A DNA stretch of 64,000 bases, taken from positions 1 through 64,000 of the IMG/VR virus record IMGVR_UViG_3300034061_005432; one strand, written 5' to 3'. The notes beneath the pieces were generated by a model that searched no databases, was not told the origin of the DNA, and saw nothing but the letters and a program-made list of their open reading frames with translations. Source of the DNA: an uncultured virus (IMG/VR IMGVR_UViG_3300034061_005432) (taxonomy: Duplodnaviria > Heunggongvirae > Uroviricota > Caudoviricetes). Of the stretch, positions 19,196-29,133 are shown piece after piece (within the stretch, counting starts at the first letter, position 1; every line of letters starts with the position of its first letter). Position numbers and translations under genes: made by a program.

Positions 19196-20674
19196 TTATT
19201 TTTTATTTACAATTTGGAACTGAAGTTCCCTTTTATATGTATCGATATTTCTATCAGAATTTACTTTTATATCCACAAAATATTCATTAGGTATCTTATC
19301 GGTTGTATCAAACATGAAATAGTAACCATCTGTTGTTTGGTTTATTCTTGTCCAATCTTGAACCTGAACCTCAGTGTTTGCTCCCTCTCTTACATATATT
19401 CTGTAATATGCTTCTATGTTATCTAATGGTTGGTTCGATGTGTAAGCCTTCTTGATGGTTATATTTACTTTTCTAACATCCGTGTTTAAAACCTTTTCGT
19501 TTTGTTTAATCCCATCAAAAGAGAACCCATATAACTTAGGGGTTTCAGTGGTAGTTCCTATTTTGATATTACCATATTTCTTCAAAAGAATAAATTCATT
19601 TTCGACATCAGGGATTTCAACATTGTTCACACTTAATCCACTCCACACATCGTAGAACACACACGGAACTGTATTCGCCGTTAACCCTGAAATAGTTACC
19701 TTGTAAACACCTTTCGTTACTAAACAGGTAGAAAGTCCTGTGAAACCACTTACAGGTTCACCAGCACCATCTATGATGTTTACAAGTGGGTCTTGGTCTA
19801 AGTTAATGTAGTTACCATTTTCATAAACATATAAAAATAGATCATTATTATTACCTGAATAGAATTGGTTTCGTTGGTCGATAATTAAATCATCATAAGA
19901 AGTCTCTAAATATGGTTCATAAAATGTTTGTGTATGAGGGGAGAAAAACCCAACAGAATAGTTTTCAGTTAATCCTGTGATATTTTCTAATTGCGGATAA
20001 AATGCAATACCCCAACCTGTAGTGCCTGTAATTGTACCATGAATAATACCATTGATTTCTTGAGTCATATCAAACTCAATGTTTTCATTTCCAAATTCAA
20101 AATGTTGTCTGTCTACTATAGTGAGACCTGAGAAATTTAAACCTGTTGTACCTGTTAATGAATTAGTATTATTATAGATTCCATTGTATGACCATCCTGA
20201 AAGTGTGGTTGTCTGAAACCAATTGGACGGTCTATCAGAAAAAGGTCTATCATTTAAATCCGTCACCCCAAAATCATAGTAATCATAACCAACACCACTG
20301 TCCCATTGTTGTGGAACACCGGTAGTTCCTGAATATTTAGGTATTCTAAATAAAACTAAATCAAATGATGTGGCCCTTCTTCTTCCTTGTGATGTTTTAC
20401 TATTTAATAACTCATTATCAAAAAATGAAGTATTTGTCATTTTTAATGTATGTGTCATTGCGGAAGTACAACCCGTAGAAATTACCGATGATTGAATATG
20501 ATTAGTCAAATTAGTAAGATCGATATCAAAAATGTATCTACTATAACCAACCGGCACACTAAGATTATCCACTCTACCATAGAATAATTCAACAATCGGA
20601 TTTCTTGCCGTATTGGTGTATGAATTATATATTAGAGTATTAGATTTACTAAAATAAGACTTATATATAGACAT
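19196..20674 (-). CDS. putative virion structural protein (beta-rich)
   Basis: 492 aa, T/S/G/aromatic-rich, next to the baseplate spike gene, late motif upstream. Confidence 0.6.
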   Translation of the reverse strand: MSIYKSYFSKSNTLIYNSYTNTARNPIVELFYGRVDNLSVPVGYSRYIFDIDLTNLTNHIQSSVISTGCTSAMTHTLKMTNTSFFDNELLNSKTSQGRRRATSFDLVLFRIPKYSGTTGVPQQWDSGVGYDYYDFGVTDLNDRPFSDRPSNWFQTTTLSGWSYNGIYNNTNSLTGTTGLNFSGLTIVDRQHFEFGNENIEFDMTQEINGIIHGTITGTTGWGIAFYPQLENITGLTENYSVGFFSPHTQTFYEPYLETSYDDLIIDQRNQFYSGNNNDLFLYVYENGNYINLDQDPLVNIIDGAGEPVSGFTGLSTCLVTKGVYKVTISGLTANTVPCVFYDVWSGLSVNNVEIPDVENEFILLKKYGNIKIGTTTETPKLYGFSFDGIKQNEKVLNTDVRKVNITIKKAYTSNQPLDNIEAYYRIYVREGANTEVQVQDWTRINQTTDGYYFMFDTTDKIPNEYFVDIKVNSDRNIDTYKRELQFQIVNKK

Positions 20675-20686
20675 TTTACTTTTATC

Positions 20687-20694
20687 TATAAATA
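20687..20694 (-). promoter_or_regulatory. putative late promoter motif TATTTATA
   Basis: 12 nt before ATG 20674 on the minus strand. Confidence 0.55.
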
Positions 20695-20695
20695 C

Positions 20696-22285
20696 TTAAT
20701 TAATTCGAATTTTTTTATTTAAAACTTTCTCGTATGCTTCTTCTAATTTAGTTAAGACTTGATTAACTTGTATACCTGAAGCTTTACTAACAGGTGTTGG
20801 GGGTAACATTGGGTATGGGTGGTCATGGGTAACTAAAAACTTTACAATTAATTGTAATAAATCCATGAGCTCGTCACCCCTCACCATGGAGGATGTGTTG
20901 GGGTCAATGTTATTAGATACTAATTCAGGACCTATACCGTAAAGAGTATTTTCTAAATTTACCTTGTCTTTTCCTGGAATTTTTGTGTCGTGTGAAAGTA
21001 AATATAAACTATCGGCACCTATAAGATTGGTAGTATAATTTATATTTTCTACTGTAACTTCTCTTTGGTTTTCGTTAATCACCTCAGTTGGTAAGTCTTT
21101 ATCAAGATCTTTATTAATAACTAAACCATATCCTGTAATAACATCAGATGCAGAAGCATAAACTTTTGACATAAGTGTTGACATATTTGTTATTGACATA
21201 ACATCAATATTTCCCGTGAAGTTGCTTACAGTTTCTCGTATTGCAAAATCAGGTCTATAATAAAAAACAAACTGATCACCATCTTTTACACTTGTTAGTG
21301 TTTGTGGACTATCTTTGAAATCTTTTACCACTTGATTTACAGTAAGTGCAAAATTATCCATGGATTGTGCGATAATCTGTCTACTATAAATTAAATTAGT
21401 GGTTCCTGTATAGTTTGTGCCTACATCAAAAACACCCACTTTAAGTTCGTAAGGTTTTATGTCTTCAGGTATTTGGTATATGTAAACACCACCAGTGAAT
21501 ACATCAATATTCGGTGCAACATTTGGAGTTATACAATAATACTCAACAATAAATTTAATATATTCGGTTCTTTGATTTATTCTTTGTAATCTTTGCTCTT
21601 CACCAAAAGTTATTTTTTTATCAAACTTAGACATTTGAATAAAAGCCCTTTTATTATTTAATGCGGGAATCTGTCCTTTTTCGAATGGTAAATGTTTGCC
21701 GGATCTTAAAAGTAAGTCATTCTTTTTTAAAATAATATCTGATGTGTCTCTACCCTGTATTGAAATATCTATTGGTTCTGCGAAAATACCACTATTTTGT
21801 TCGGGATTTTTGTAAGTACCGTCAGGATTTTTAATAGGGGGAATACTTTGTTGTGAATTAGCATACCCATCATCTAAATGAGTTCTTGATGATTTACTAT
21901 TTTCATAACCGATAGTAAGTGGAGATGAGTAAGTGGCAACCATGTAAAATTTATTTCTACCCGTCCTTCTTCTCCTATCAAAAAAGAATAACATAACTCT
22001 CTCATTTTCTTGTGGTATTTGATTGATAAAAAATGGTAAAAACGGTAAATAAATGAAAGGATCTTCTTTTGACCAAGGACCGTTAATATCGGATAAACCA
22101 TCTGGATCAAAGTTTTTCGCAGCCTTTATTCTTTGGTCATAAGTTTCATCGAGAGCAGAAACTCGTATTCTACCTAACATCAATGGGTCGTTTGTTCCAC
22201 CAGGTAAAACTTCTCCCCAGTAAAAATTACGAGTCATCTCGTATTGGTAACTATCTGTTGTTGGTTTGAAATTTTCGTTAGACAT
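20696..22285 (-). CDS. baseplate central spike/hub (gp5/gpV-like)
   Basis: N-terminal OB-fold-like GEV...DPLMLGRIRV; C-terminal VRGDEL...THDHP (HxH tip). Confidence 0.7.
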   Translation of the reverse strand: MSNENFKPTTDSYQYEMTRNFYWGEVLPGGTNDPLMLGRIRVSALDETYDQRIKAAKNFDPDGLSDINGPWSKEDPFIYLPFLPFFINQIPQENERVMLFFFDRRRRTGRNKFYMVATYSSPLTIGYENSKSSRTHLDDGYANSQQSIPPIKNPDGTYKNPEQNSGIFAEPIDISIQGRDTSDIILKKNDLLLRSGKHLPFEKGQIPALNNKRAFIQMSKFDKKITFGEEQRLQRINQRTEYIKFIVEYYCITPNVAPNIDVFTGGVYIYQIPEDIKPYELKVGVFDVGTNYTGTTNLIYSRQIIAQSMDNFALTVNQVVKDFKDSPQTLTSVKDGDQFVFYYRPDFAIRETVSNFTGNIDVMSITNMSTLMSKVYASASDVITGYGLVINKDLDKDLPTEVINENQREVTVENINYTTNLIGADSLYLLSHDTKIPGKDKVNLENTLYGIGPELVSNNIDPNTSSMVRGDELMDLLQLIVKFLVTHDHPYPMLPPTPVSKASGIQVNQVLTKLEEAYEKVLNKKIRIN

Positions 22286-22499
22286 TATTCATTCTTTTTT
22301 TGTACTCTTCTTTTAATTTATTATAACTGTTTTCAGAAGAATCTAAATGTTTTGTTAGTTTCACAATTAAATCTCTTGTTTTATAAAAATCTTTTGCAAT
22401 AAAATCTAAGGCAAATTCTAAATCTTTATTTGATGAATTTTTATAATCCATCAGAATTTCTAATATTTTGTCAGAATCTTTTTTAGTATGACTTTCCAT
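22278..22499 (-). CDS. small coiled-coil hypothetical protein
   Basis: ORF coupled between its neighbours; start uncertain. Confidence 0.55.
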   Translation of the reverse strand: MESHTKKDSDKILEILMDYKNSSNKDLEFALDFIAKDFYKTRDLIVKLTKHLDSSENSYNKLKEEYKKRMNNV

Positions 22500-24429
22500 A
22501 TCCTTTTGCTGGTTTTGTAGTACCTGCACCTAGAGATACTACAGTTAATGGTGGAATATAAATTTCAGTTTTTCCATTCTCAGTTTGTTCCTTATTCATA
22601 CCTTTTACTAACCCCTCTAACATTTGATTCATTAGATTTGGTGTTCCGTCGCCATTATCGTCTGTGGGTATACCTGCCTTTTGTAAATTCTCAATCGCAT
22701 TTGCGTAAGCTCGTGTGTCGGACACACCTCCAAGTAACTTGGATGCCGCTAATGCGAACATGGGTAGACCCAAATTTAATTGTGACAAACCTAAATTTAA
22801 TAGTTTAAGTATTTCATCTAAAATACTTTTACAATTTCTGAAATCAATTACCGCTTGTGCGAGTTGTAATATTACATAAACGATTGTTGAATACATCGCG
22901 ATTTGTTTGTCCTTGGCTTCATTTATAATATCCAATAAAAGTGACTCAACAAGTTTTTTAATTTCTTTTTTAATAATTGCAAATAACTCCTCAACAAATA
23001 TTGAAAAGATTCTTCTCATTGTGTTAACTACTAATTTCGAGTATTTTTTAATAAATTCAACTAAATTATTCACAGCAGTATCAAAACCATAAAGTATAGA
23101 TTTGACCATAATTAAAAATCCTAACATTACTTTTGGTGATAAAATTGTTTGAAACAGTATGTGTGGTAAATTTAAAATCAATTTTGTAAGCATTTCTGCA
23201 TTAATGTTCAATGTTGGTATATTAAACCCCTGCCAATTATTATCATTTGCAATATCACCTAAACCGTTAAGTAACCCGTTAATTTTGTCCGGTACATCAT
23301 TAAACGATACAATATCATTTAATATGTTAATGGCTGCCTGTTGGTTTACAGGTAAGAGAACTGAATCACAACTTTCAAATTCTATAAGACCTGAAGTGAT
23401 TAAATTAACACGATTTTCAATATTCCTTCTTTGTAAATTACTAACTTCAAAAAAATCTTCATTTATATTATCTAATTCAGGAATTTTTGCAGTACCGGAA
23501 ACATCTATCTTTTTAGATGGGTCGGTACATATTCCCATAATCCGTAACAAGAATGAAATGAATGTTTCTAAGTCGGTCACTTCTTCATTAGGGGATTCGA
23601 TATTGAAACACCCAAGTAAGTAGTTCAATATATTTGAACTTAAGGTATCTAAATTAAAAATTTCAATACTTGTGAAATAATCAAATAAGAAATTACTTAC
23701 TGTTTTAGTATTTGTTTGTTGTAGAAGTGTAATTTTGAAAAAATCTCCAGTTATTGTTTGCTGGTTTGTTACATAAGATGTCACATATTGTATATCAAAA
23801 AGTTGTTGTCCAGAAGATCCAATAAACCCATTACCATAATCTTGTTGAAAGCTGGTCGAGGACTGCAACCTTTTGTATAGTTCCAAATTCATAGAATATG
23901 GTATTGTACCATTTTGAGTTGCTTCCTTTTCATAAGAAAACTTTACTATAGGGTCTGTAGGGTCTTTTTTTAATATTTTAAATAAGTCTACAGATTTAAC
24001 CTCAATATAAATTGGTACATTAATATATGCATCAAATGTTTGGTTTTCAGAACACCCTAAAGTCGATAACATTTCTTCAACTAGAATTTCTACCATTCTT
24101 GATTTTGTGTTTTCTGCGGCCTGTAAAAAAACCTCCCCTAAAACGCCTAAGGACCCCAACCTGTTATTGATATTTTGAGAACTAGGTAGTACCTCTTTGA
24201 ATATTTCGAATAGGTCTTGAAGTACATTAGATAAATTATCGACAGTATCTTTAACTTTATCTTTTGCTTCGTTTACTGCCTGAGTTCTTTTAGTCTTCTT
24301 GTCTTCCCTTTCTTTGATATTGGCTAATCTCTTTTGATCCCTTTTTCTTTTTTTTTCGGCAGCGACAGTTTTATAAGCGTTTATCTTATCATTAATCTTT
24401 TCCTTATCTTTACTGTTGTCTATGCCCAT
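22483..24429 (-). CDS. large helical hypothetical protein, possibly tail/baseplate associated
   Basis: 648-aa ORF in an operon with the spike gene. Confidence 0.65.
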   Translation of the reverse strand: MGIDNSKDKEKINDKINAYKTVAAEKKRKRDQKRLANIKEREDKKTKRTQAVNEAKDKVKDTVDNLSNVLQDLFEIFKEVLPSSQNINNRLGSLGVLGEVFLQAAENTKSRMVEILVEEMLSTLGCSENQTFDAYINVPIYIEVKSVDLFKILKKDPTDPIVKFSYEKEATQNGTIPYSMNLELYKRLQSSTSFQQDYGNGFIGSSGQQLFDIQYVTSYVTNQQTITGDFFKITLLQQTNTKTVSNFLFDYFTSIEIFNLDTLSSNILNYLLGCFNIESPNEEVTDLETFISFLLRIMGICTDPSKKIDVSGTAKIPELDNINEDFFEVSNLQRRNIENRVNLITSGLIEFESCDSVLLPVNQQAAINILNDIVSFNDVPDKINGLLNGLGDIANDNNWQGFNIPTLNINAEMLTKLILNLPHILFQTILSPKVMLGFLIMVKSILYGFDTAVNNLVEFIKKYSKLVVNTMRRIFSIFVEELFAIIKKEIKKLVESLLLDIINEAKDKQIAMYSTIVYVILQLAQAVIDFRNCKSILDEILKLLNLGLSQLNLGLPMFALAASKLLGGVSDTRAYANAIENLQKAGIPTDDNGDGTPNLMNQMLEGLVKGMNKEQTENGKTEIYIPPLTVVSLGAGTTKPAKGYGKSY

Positions 24430-24431
24430 TA

Positions 24432-24797
24432 TTAAAGTTTGTACTTATCAGAATCTTTACTTACATCTTTTGATATAAGAGTTTGTAAAGTGTCTTCATC
24501 CATGTCTGATAATGTGAATGAATCTTCTTTACTATTGTTTGACTTTTCCCATATAGATGATTGTAATTTTGACAAAGACAATTTCTTTTCTATGGTATCA
24601 TTAATTATTTTTTGTTGTTCTTTGATAACCGGTCCAATTACTGTCATGTCTTCGGCGTCTTTCAAAAGACCTAACATTTTATTTTGTATTCTTATCGCTG
24701 TAGATCTTTGCTCAACTAATTCGTTATAGATTTCTTGCATTAACCCCAAAACGGAGTCTTTGTTGAGTAGTATTTCTTTTTTTCTTTGTCTGTTCAT
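24432..24797 (-). CDS. hypothetical coiled-coil protein
   Basis: 121-aa ORF with the motif 3 nt upstream. Confidence 0.7.
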   Translation of the reverse strand: MNRQRKKEILLNKDSVLGLMQEIYNELVEQRSTAIRIQNKMLGLLKDAEDMTVIGPVIKEQQKIINDTIEKKLSLSKLQSSIWEKSNNSKEDSFTLSDMDEDTLQTLISKDVSKDSDKYKL

Positions 24798-24800
24798 AAT

Positions 24801-24808
24801 AATAAATA
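24801..24808 (-). promoter_or_regulatory. putative late promoter motif TATTTATT
   Basis: 3 nt before ATG 24797. Confidence 0.6.
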
Positions 24809-24820
24809 TTATTAACTTAA

Positions 24821-25564
24821 TTATTCATTATGAATCTTTTTCAGTGTCTCTAAGTATAAAACTTTGAATTTTTTCAAGTAAATTCTAATCTCTTTTGTGT
24901 TCAAATTTGTCATTTCTCTTAACGACAGCAACACTATATTTTTATTAAATTTATTGTTATCATTACCAATAAAAATATTCCCATAATTATCAAAAAGCTC
25001 TATTAGAGCGTACCCTAATTTTAGTTCGTTCTCATTATCAACATTTGTTGATACATATAATTTGAGGTCTTTTAAAAAGATCGCTATAATTTTTTCGGCG
25101 TCTATTTTTTCAAACTCCATGTAATAAACCATATCGGGTCTATTTTCTAAAGTTGAGGAAATGTCTTCATATGAAATTTTACGATTGGTTTCTTTTTGGT
25201 CTTTTAAAATTTGGCCCATTAGATAATTTTTACAAATCGTACCAAAATATGAATATGCTTTTTTATTTTTAGCGGGTTTGAATTTATCCACTTTGGTCAT
25301 TAAAAATGAATGAGTATCACTATGTACATCATTATAATCCATGTCTTTTCTATATAATTTATACCTTCGTATAATAGACTCGATCATTTTGTCGAGTGGT
25401 TCACGAAGGTATGTATTATATATTTTTTCTTTTTCCTCGTAAGTTTCGGCAACTATATAATTTTTAACCGCTTCTTCTTCACGAACATCAAAATAATTTT
25501 TATTTTTTGCTTTCGTCTTTTGCTTTTCGTCTTGTGGATTGATTGATTCAACACCTAATGACAT
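24821..25564 (-). CDS. phage sigma factor (T4 gp55-like late sigma)
   Basis: KNYF...KMIESIIRRYK...D...KVDKFKP..NKKAYSYFGTICKNYL resembles the sigma region 2 / gp55 AFAYFT.I pattern. Confidence 0.65.
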   Translation of the reverse strand: MSLGVESINPQDEKQKTKAKNKNYFDVREEEAVKNYIVAETYEEKEKIYNTYLREPLDKMIESIIRRYKLYRKDMDYNDVHSDTHSFLMTKVDKFKPAKNKKAYSYFGTICKNYLMGQILKDQKETNRKISYEDISSTLENRPDMVYYMEFEKIDAEKIIAIFLKDLKLYVSTNVDNENELKLGYALIELFDNYGNIFIGNDNNKFNKNIVLLSLREMTNLNTKEIRIYLKKFKVLYLETLKKIHNE

Positions 25565-26376
25565 TAAACCGTTTCTGATACATATTTTATTTCTCTATCA
25601 GAAGTGAAAAAATGTTCTTTCTTTGCCGACTCTAACCAAAATTTAATTTCGTTCTCAGTCAGACTAGGTTGACCATATTTGTAATTCCAAAAAATAGACC
25701 CTTCTCTCATGTTCATATGTTTGTAACCAATTCTTGGAATTGTCATTATTTTAGCTGAGTTGTATGTCAATCTTAAAAGGAACTCATATACAAAAGTTAA
25801 CTTAATTGAAGGTTTGAAACCACCATTTTCATTAAAAGTATTTTTTCTTATAACCATACCACTTGATTGGAAGTTTTGGTATGTCATTAATAAGTCGTTA
25901 CTAAGGATTCCCATTTCCGAATTCATGCTTACTGCGAAAGTTGCTTCATTAGTAAACCCTGCGAACACCCCTTTATCGTCAATATCAATAACCAACGGAA
26001 GATACGCATCAACCTCATTACCATATGATTTTACATATCTATCTACACTTTTAAACCATATTGAGGAATACTCATCATCAAACTCTAAAATAGAAACCCA
26101 TTCACCGTTCGATTCATTAACTCCTAAATTTACCTGAGATGCAAAATCAAATGAACCATTGTTCTCTACTAATTTTACATTAATACCATTAAAATCATAT
26201 GATTGTAAAAACGACTTTAATTTTTCTTCGGTTGAGTGTACTACGATTAATTCAGTTATACCAATAATTTGGTTTTCTACTGATTTAACTGACTTACTGA
26301 ATAAGTCTTCAAAATCTTTTGTCATAGATGTATTTACTGGTAAGATTACCGAAACATCAAATTTATTTTTTTCCAT
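25564..26376 (-). CDS. glycosyltransferase family 2-like
   Basis: VSVILPV, NLGV...GEWVSILEFDD. Confidence 0.8.
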   Translation of the reverse strand: MEKNKFDVSVILPVNTSMTKDFEDLFSKSVKSVENQIIGITELIVVHSTEEKLKSFLQSYDFNGINVKLVENNGSFDFASQVNLGVNESNGEWVSILEFDDEYSSIWFKSVDRYVKSYGNEVDAYLPLVIDIDDKGVFAGFTNEATFAVSMNSEMGILSNDLLMTYQNFQSSGMVIRKNTFNENGGFKPSIKLTFVYEFLLRLTYNSAKIMTIPRIGYKHMNMREGSIFWNYKYGQPSLTENEIKFWLESAKKEHFFTSDREIKYVSETV

Positions 26377-26378
26377 AA

Positions 26379-27443
26379 TTAATTATTTTCTGATACTTTT
26401 ATTTTTTCTAATTGTTCTTCAAAGATTTGAGATCTGGTTTTTAAATACCCATCAAATAATTCAACAACAGATGATTCGAATTTATCTTGGTCTTGGTATT
26501 CTTCTCCTGTTAATGACATATTAACATGAAGAGTTTCTGATATATTATCCTCTAACCAATTTTGAGTAAAGTTTGCAACAACATCAATAATCTCATTGTA
26601 ATTATTAACCCATAACCCGTTTTCTTCAGTCATCCATGTAGGTTTTAAATTAGGGATTTTTCCAATTACAGGGGTTCCTGAAATCATAGACTCTAAAGGG
26701 AATGTACCAAACCCACTTTCATTATCAACCCAAATGGAAAGATACGATTCTTGTAAAAAGGTTGCGAAATCATCTTGTTTTATTCCTCTCATATCTCTAA
26801 ATGTGATCCATCTAAATTGTGGATATTTAAGGTAAAAACTTTTTATTATTTTTGCAGTGTCTCTTGGTTCTCTGGTGTGGATTGCGATAATTGGTTTTGA
26901 CGGTCTTTCTTTTTTCTTGAAAACTGAAGGAATATTTACATTTAATACATCAAAACTACCTGATCTCATAATTTCTGAAATGTATTTTTTTTGGAAATCT
27001 GATGTTGTGATACATTTAGTAAACCCGTATTGGGACCATGTCGTACCTGGCGATAATGTCTCTAACATATAGTCATATGCTTGACACAAAACAATTTTAG
27101 CACATGGGAAATTTTTTATTTGTTCCATCACATGTGAGTATAGTTCAGGTATAACAATAAAATCTTCAGGTGAAATTGCTAAGTTTTGACCGTCTATCGG
27201 AAGATGTGGAATTTTCATGTATTCTTCATCTAACCATTCTGATACACCTGTATAATCTGTAGTTTCGTGAATAATTGTAGGGTTGAATCCATTTTTTAAT
27301 AAAGTTAGTGCTATGTCGTAAATATATCTAACAGATGCCTTTGGATTTCCTTTGGTGTCTTGCACCATAAAGTAGATTCTCGATTTTCTTGATTTAAGGT
27401 TCTCAATCGAACCCTCAACCTTTTGTATTTTTTCTAATTCCAT
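26379..27443 (-). CDS. GT-B (GT4-like) glycosyltransferase
   Basis: DFIVIPE and GFGTFPLESMISGTPVIG. Confidence 0.75.
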   Translation of the reverse strand: MELEKIQKVEGSIENLKSRKSRIYFMVQDTKGNPKASVRYIYDIALTLLKNGFNPTIIHETTDYTGVSEWLDEEYMKIPHLPIDGQNLAISPEDFIVIPELYSHVMEQIKNFPCAKIVLCQAYDYMLETLSPGTTWSQYGFTKCITTSDFQKKYISEIMRSGSFDVLNVNIPSVFKKKERPSKPIIAIHTREPRDTAKIIKSFYLKYPQFRWITFRDMRGIKQDDFATFLQESYLSIWVDNESGFGTFPLESMISGTPVIGKIPNLKPTWMTEENGLWVNNYNEIIDVVANFTQNWLEDNISETLHVNMSLTGEEYQDQDKFESSVVELFDGYLKTRSQIFEEQLEKIKVSENN

Positions 27444-27446
27444 GTT

Positions 27447-27755
27447 TTATAAATGTTTTATTATTTTATTCATTAATAATGTATTAAATGCAAATTTAAA
27501 TGGTAAAGATAAATTTTTAGCACTATGAATACCTAAATTCTCATCCATTTCCTCTCTTTCAGTCAAAACGACCTCAATTAAAAATTTGAATGTGTCGTAT
27601 CTTGTAACACTTATTTGTTGTTCAGGTTCCTCTGATTTTTCTTCAGTCTCTTTTTTACCTTTTTTAGGTAAAGGTATTTTGGATTTAGTCATACTAACTT
27701 GATGTTCTAATTCATCAATGTCTATATAGTATTTTTCTCCTAAAAAATCTAACAT
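27447..27755 (-). CDS. hypothetical protein
   Basis: 102-aa ORF in the operon. Confidence 0.65.
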   Translation of the reverse strand: MLDFLGEKYYIDIDELEHQVSMTKSKIPLPKKGKKETEEKSEEPEQQISVTRYDTFKFLIEVVLTEREEMDENLGIHSAKNLSLPFKFAFNTLLMNKIIKHL

Positions 27756-28408
27756 AATTTTAATTTTTTTAGTAATTCGTCAAATTCACCTAAAGACGAA
27801 ATCTCGTAGTTACACTTAACTGATTTATTATATTCTGTAATATATTTTACAACTATTTTATCTGACGGAGCATTTGTTATATTTTCAGGATTTGATGTCA
27901 GTAACACATCGACATTATCCCACAATCTGTTTTTGGTTGACATGGAATAGAATATTACCGATTCAACTAATGACCCGAATTTTGATAAAAAAAATAATGT
28001 CGCTGGTTTAGACCTCCCTATTTCATCTGAGATTATGATCACATCACATGAATCACGGTGGTCAAGATAAAGATTATTTAACTCATTAAAAGTAAATGTT
28101 TCTGATGATCCGGCGTGACCAAATATTTGCATTACAAAATCTTCATACATGAAACTATAAAGTTCATCGTTATTTTTAAATTTAAAATGGTCCATTAAAT
28201 TTAGACTGGTTACATCTGATAATATTTCATACTTAAATTCATTTTCTTCATTATGTTCAAAAGTGTTACCGGACATGTCCAAATCAAAAGTTTTACCTAA
28301 TGATTCTGAGTCTTGCTCCTCTATAAAATGTTTCTCATACAGTTGCGTAAACTTTCCTAAAGTATCTCTTAATACACCGTTAACCTCAATTCCTACTCTC
28401 TTCGTCAT
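27749..28408 (-). CDS. HAD-fold 5'(3')-deoxyribonucleotidase-like protein with a degenerate motif I
   Basis: RVGIEVNGVLRD in place of IxxDxDGVLxD; C-terminal YN pattern. Confidence 0.55.
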   Translation of the reverse strand: MTKRVGIEVNGVLRDTLGKFTQLYEKHFIEEQDSESLGKTFDLDMSGNTFEHNEENEFKYEILSDVTSLNLMDHFKFKNNDELYSFMYEDFVMQIFGHAGSSETFTFNELNNLYLDHRDSCDVIIISDEIGRSKPATLFFLSKFGSLVESVIFYSMSTKNRLWDNVDVLLTSNPENITNAPSDKIVVKYITEYNKSVKCNYEISSLGEFDELLKKLKLC

Positions 28409-29126
28409 ATTTTTCTAATATTTTACTAATAAGTGGATTTCTCACATTTTTAGCGTTTCTGAAATCATACACGCCGACATCGTTAATATTTTGAAATCGT
28501 TGTAATGCGTCGTACAATCCGGATTGTTTTTTATCTTTATACCTATCAGTCTGTTCTAAATCTCCCGATATAAAAAATTTACTATTAAACCCGATTCTTG
28601 TCAATAGTAGTTTCATTTGATTAGGTGTTGCGTTTTGGGCCTCTTCAAAAATTAAAATCGAGTTATCGATATTCATTCCCCTCATATATGCTAAAGCGAA
28701 TACCTCAATAATTTCAGATTCTTTTAATTTTTCTCTAGCCTCTTTTCCTATGATCTTATTAAGTAGATAGTAGGATGGAAAAATGTACGGGTCTAACTTT
28801 TCTTCTAAGTTTCCAGGTAGAGAACCTAATTTTTCCTCAGCTTCAACTGCGGGTCTTACAATGATTATCTTTTCATAAGAGTTATTTGGGTCCATAAGTA
28901 AGTCAACTGCCGCCCTCATGGAAATATAGCTTTTACCAACACCTGCAGGTCCTGAACATATGGTGATTTGGTTATTAATTAAGATATCGTAATACTCTTT
29001 TTGGTTATCTGATAAAAATTTATTTTTTTGTTTTCTTTTAATGACTGAATTAATAAAATCTTTTTTTGATATAGTTTTTGGAATTAATGATTCCTCAGGT
29101 GTTTGGATTGTTCTTTTTCTTGTCAT
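28386..29126 (-). CDS. phoH: PhoH-like ATPase
   Basis: GPAGVGKS, RPAVEAEEKLGSLPG, YMRG, EEAQN, GDLEQTD. Confidence 0.92.
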   Translation of the reverse strand: MTRKRTIQTPEESLIPKTISKKDFINSVIKRKQKNKFLSDNQKEYYDILINNQITICSGPAGVGKSYISMRAAVDLLMDPNNSYEKIIIVRPAVEAEEKLGSLPGNLEEKLDPYIFPSYYLLNKIIGKEAREKLKESEIIEVFALAYMRGMNIDNSILIFEEAQNATPNQMKLLLTRIGFNSKFFISGDLEQTDRYKDKKQSGLYDALQRFQNINDVGVYDFRNAKNVRNPLISKILEKYDEESRN

Positions 29127-29133
29127 TTATTTA

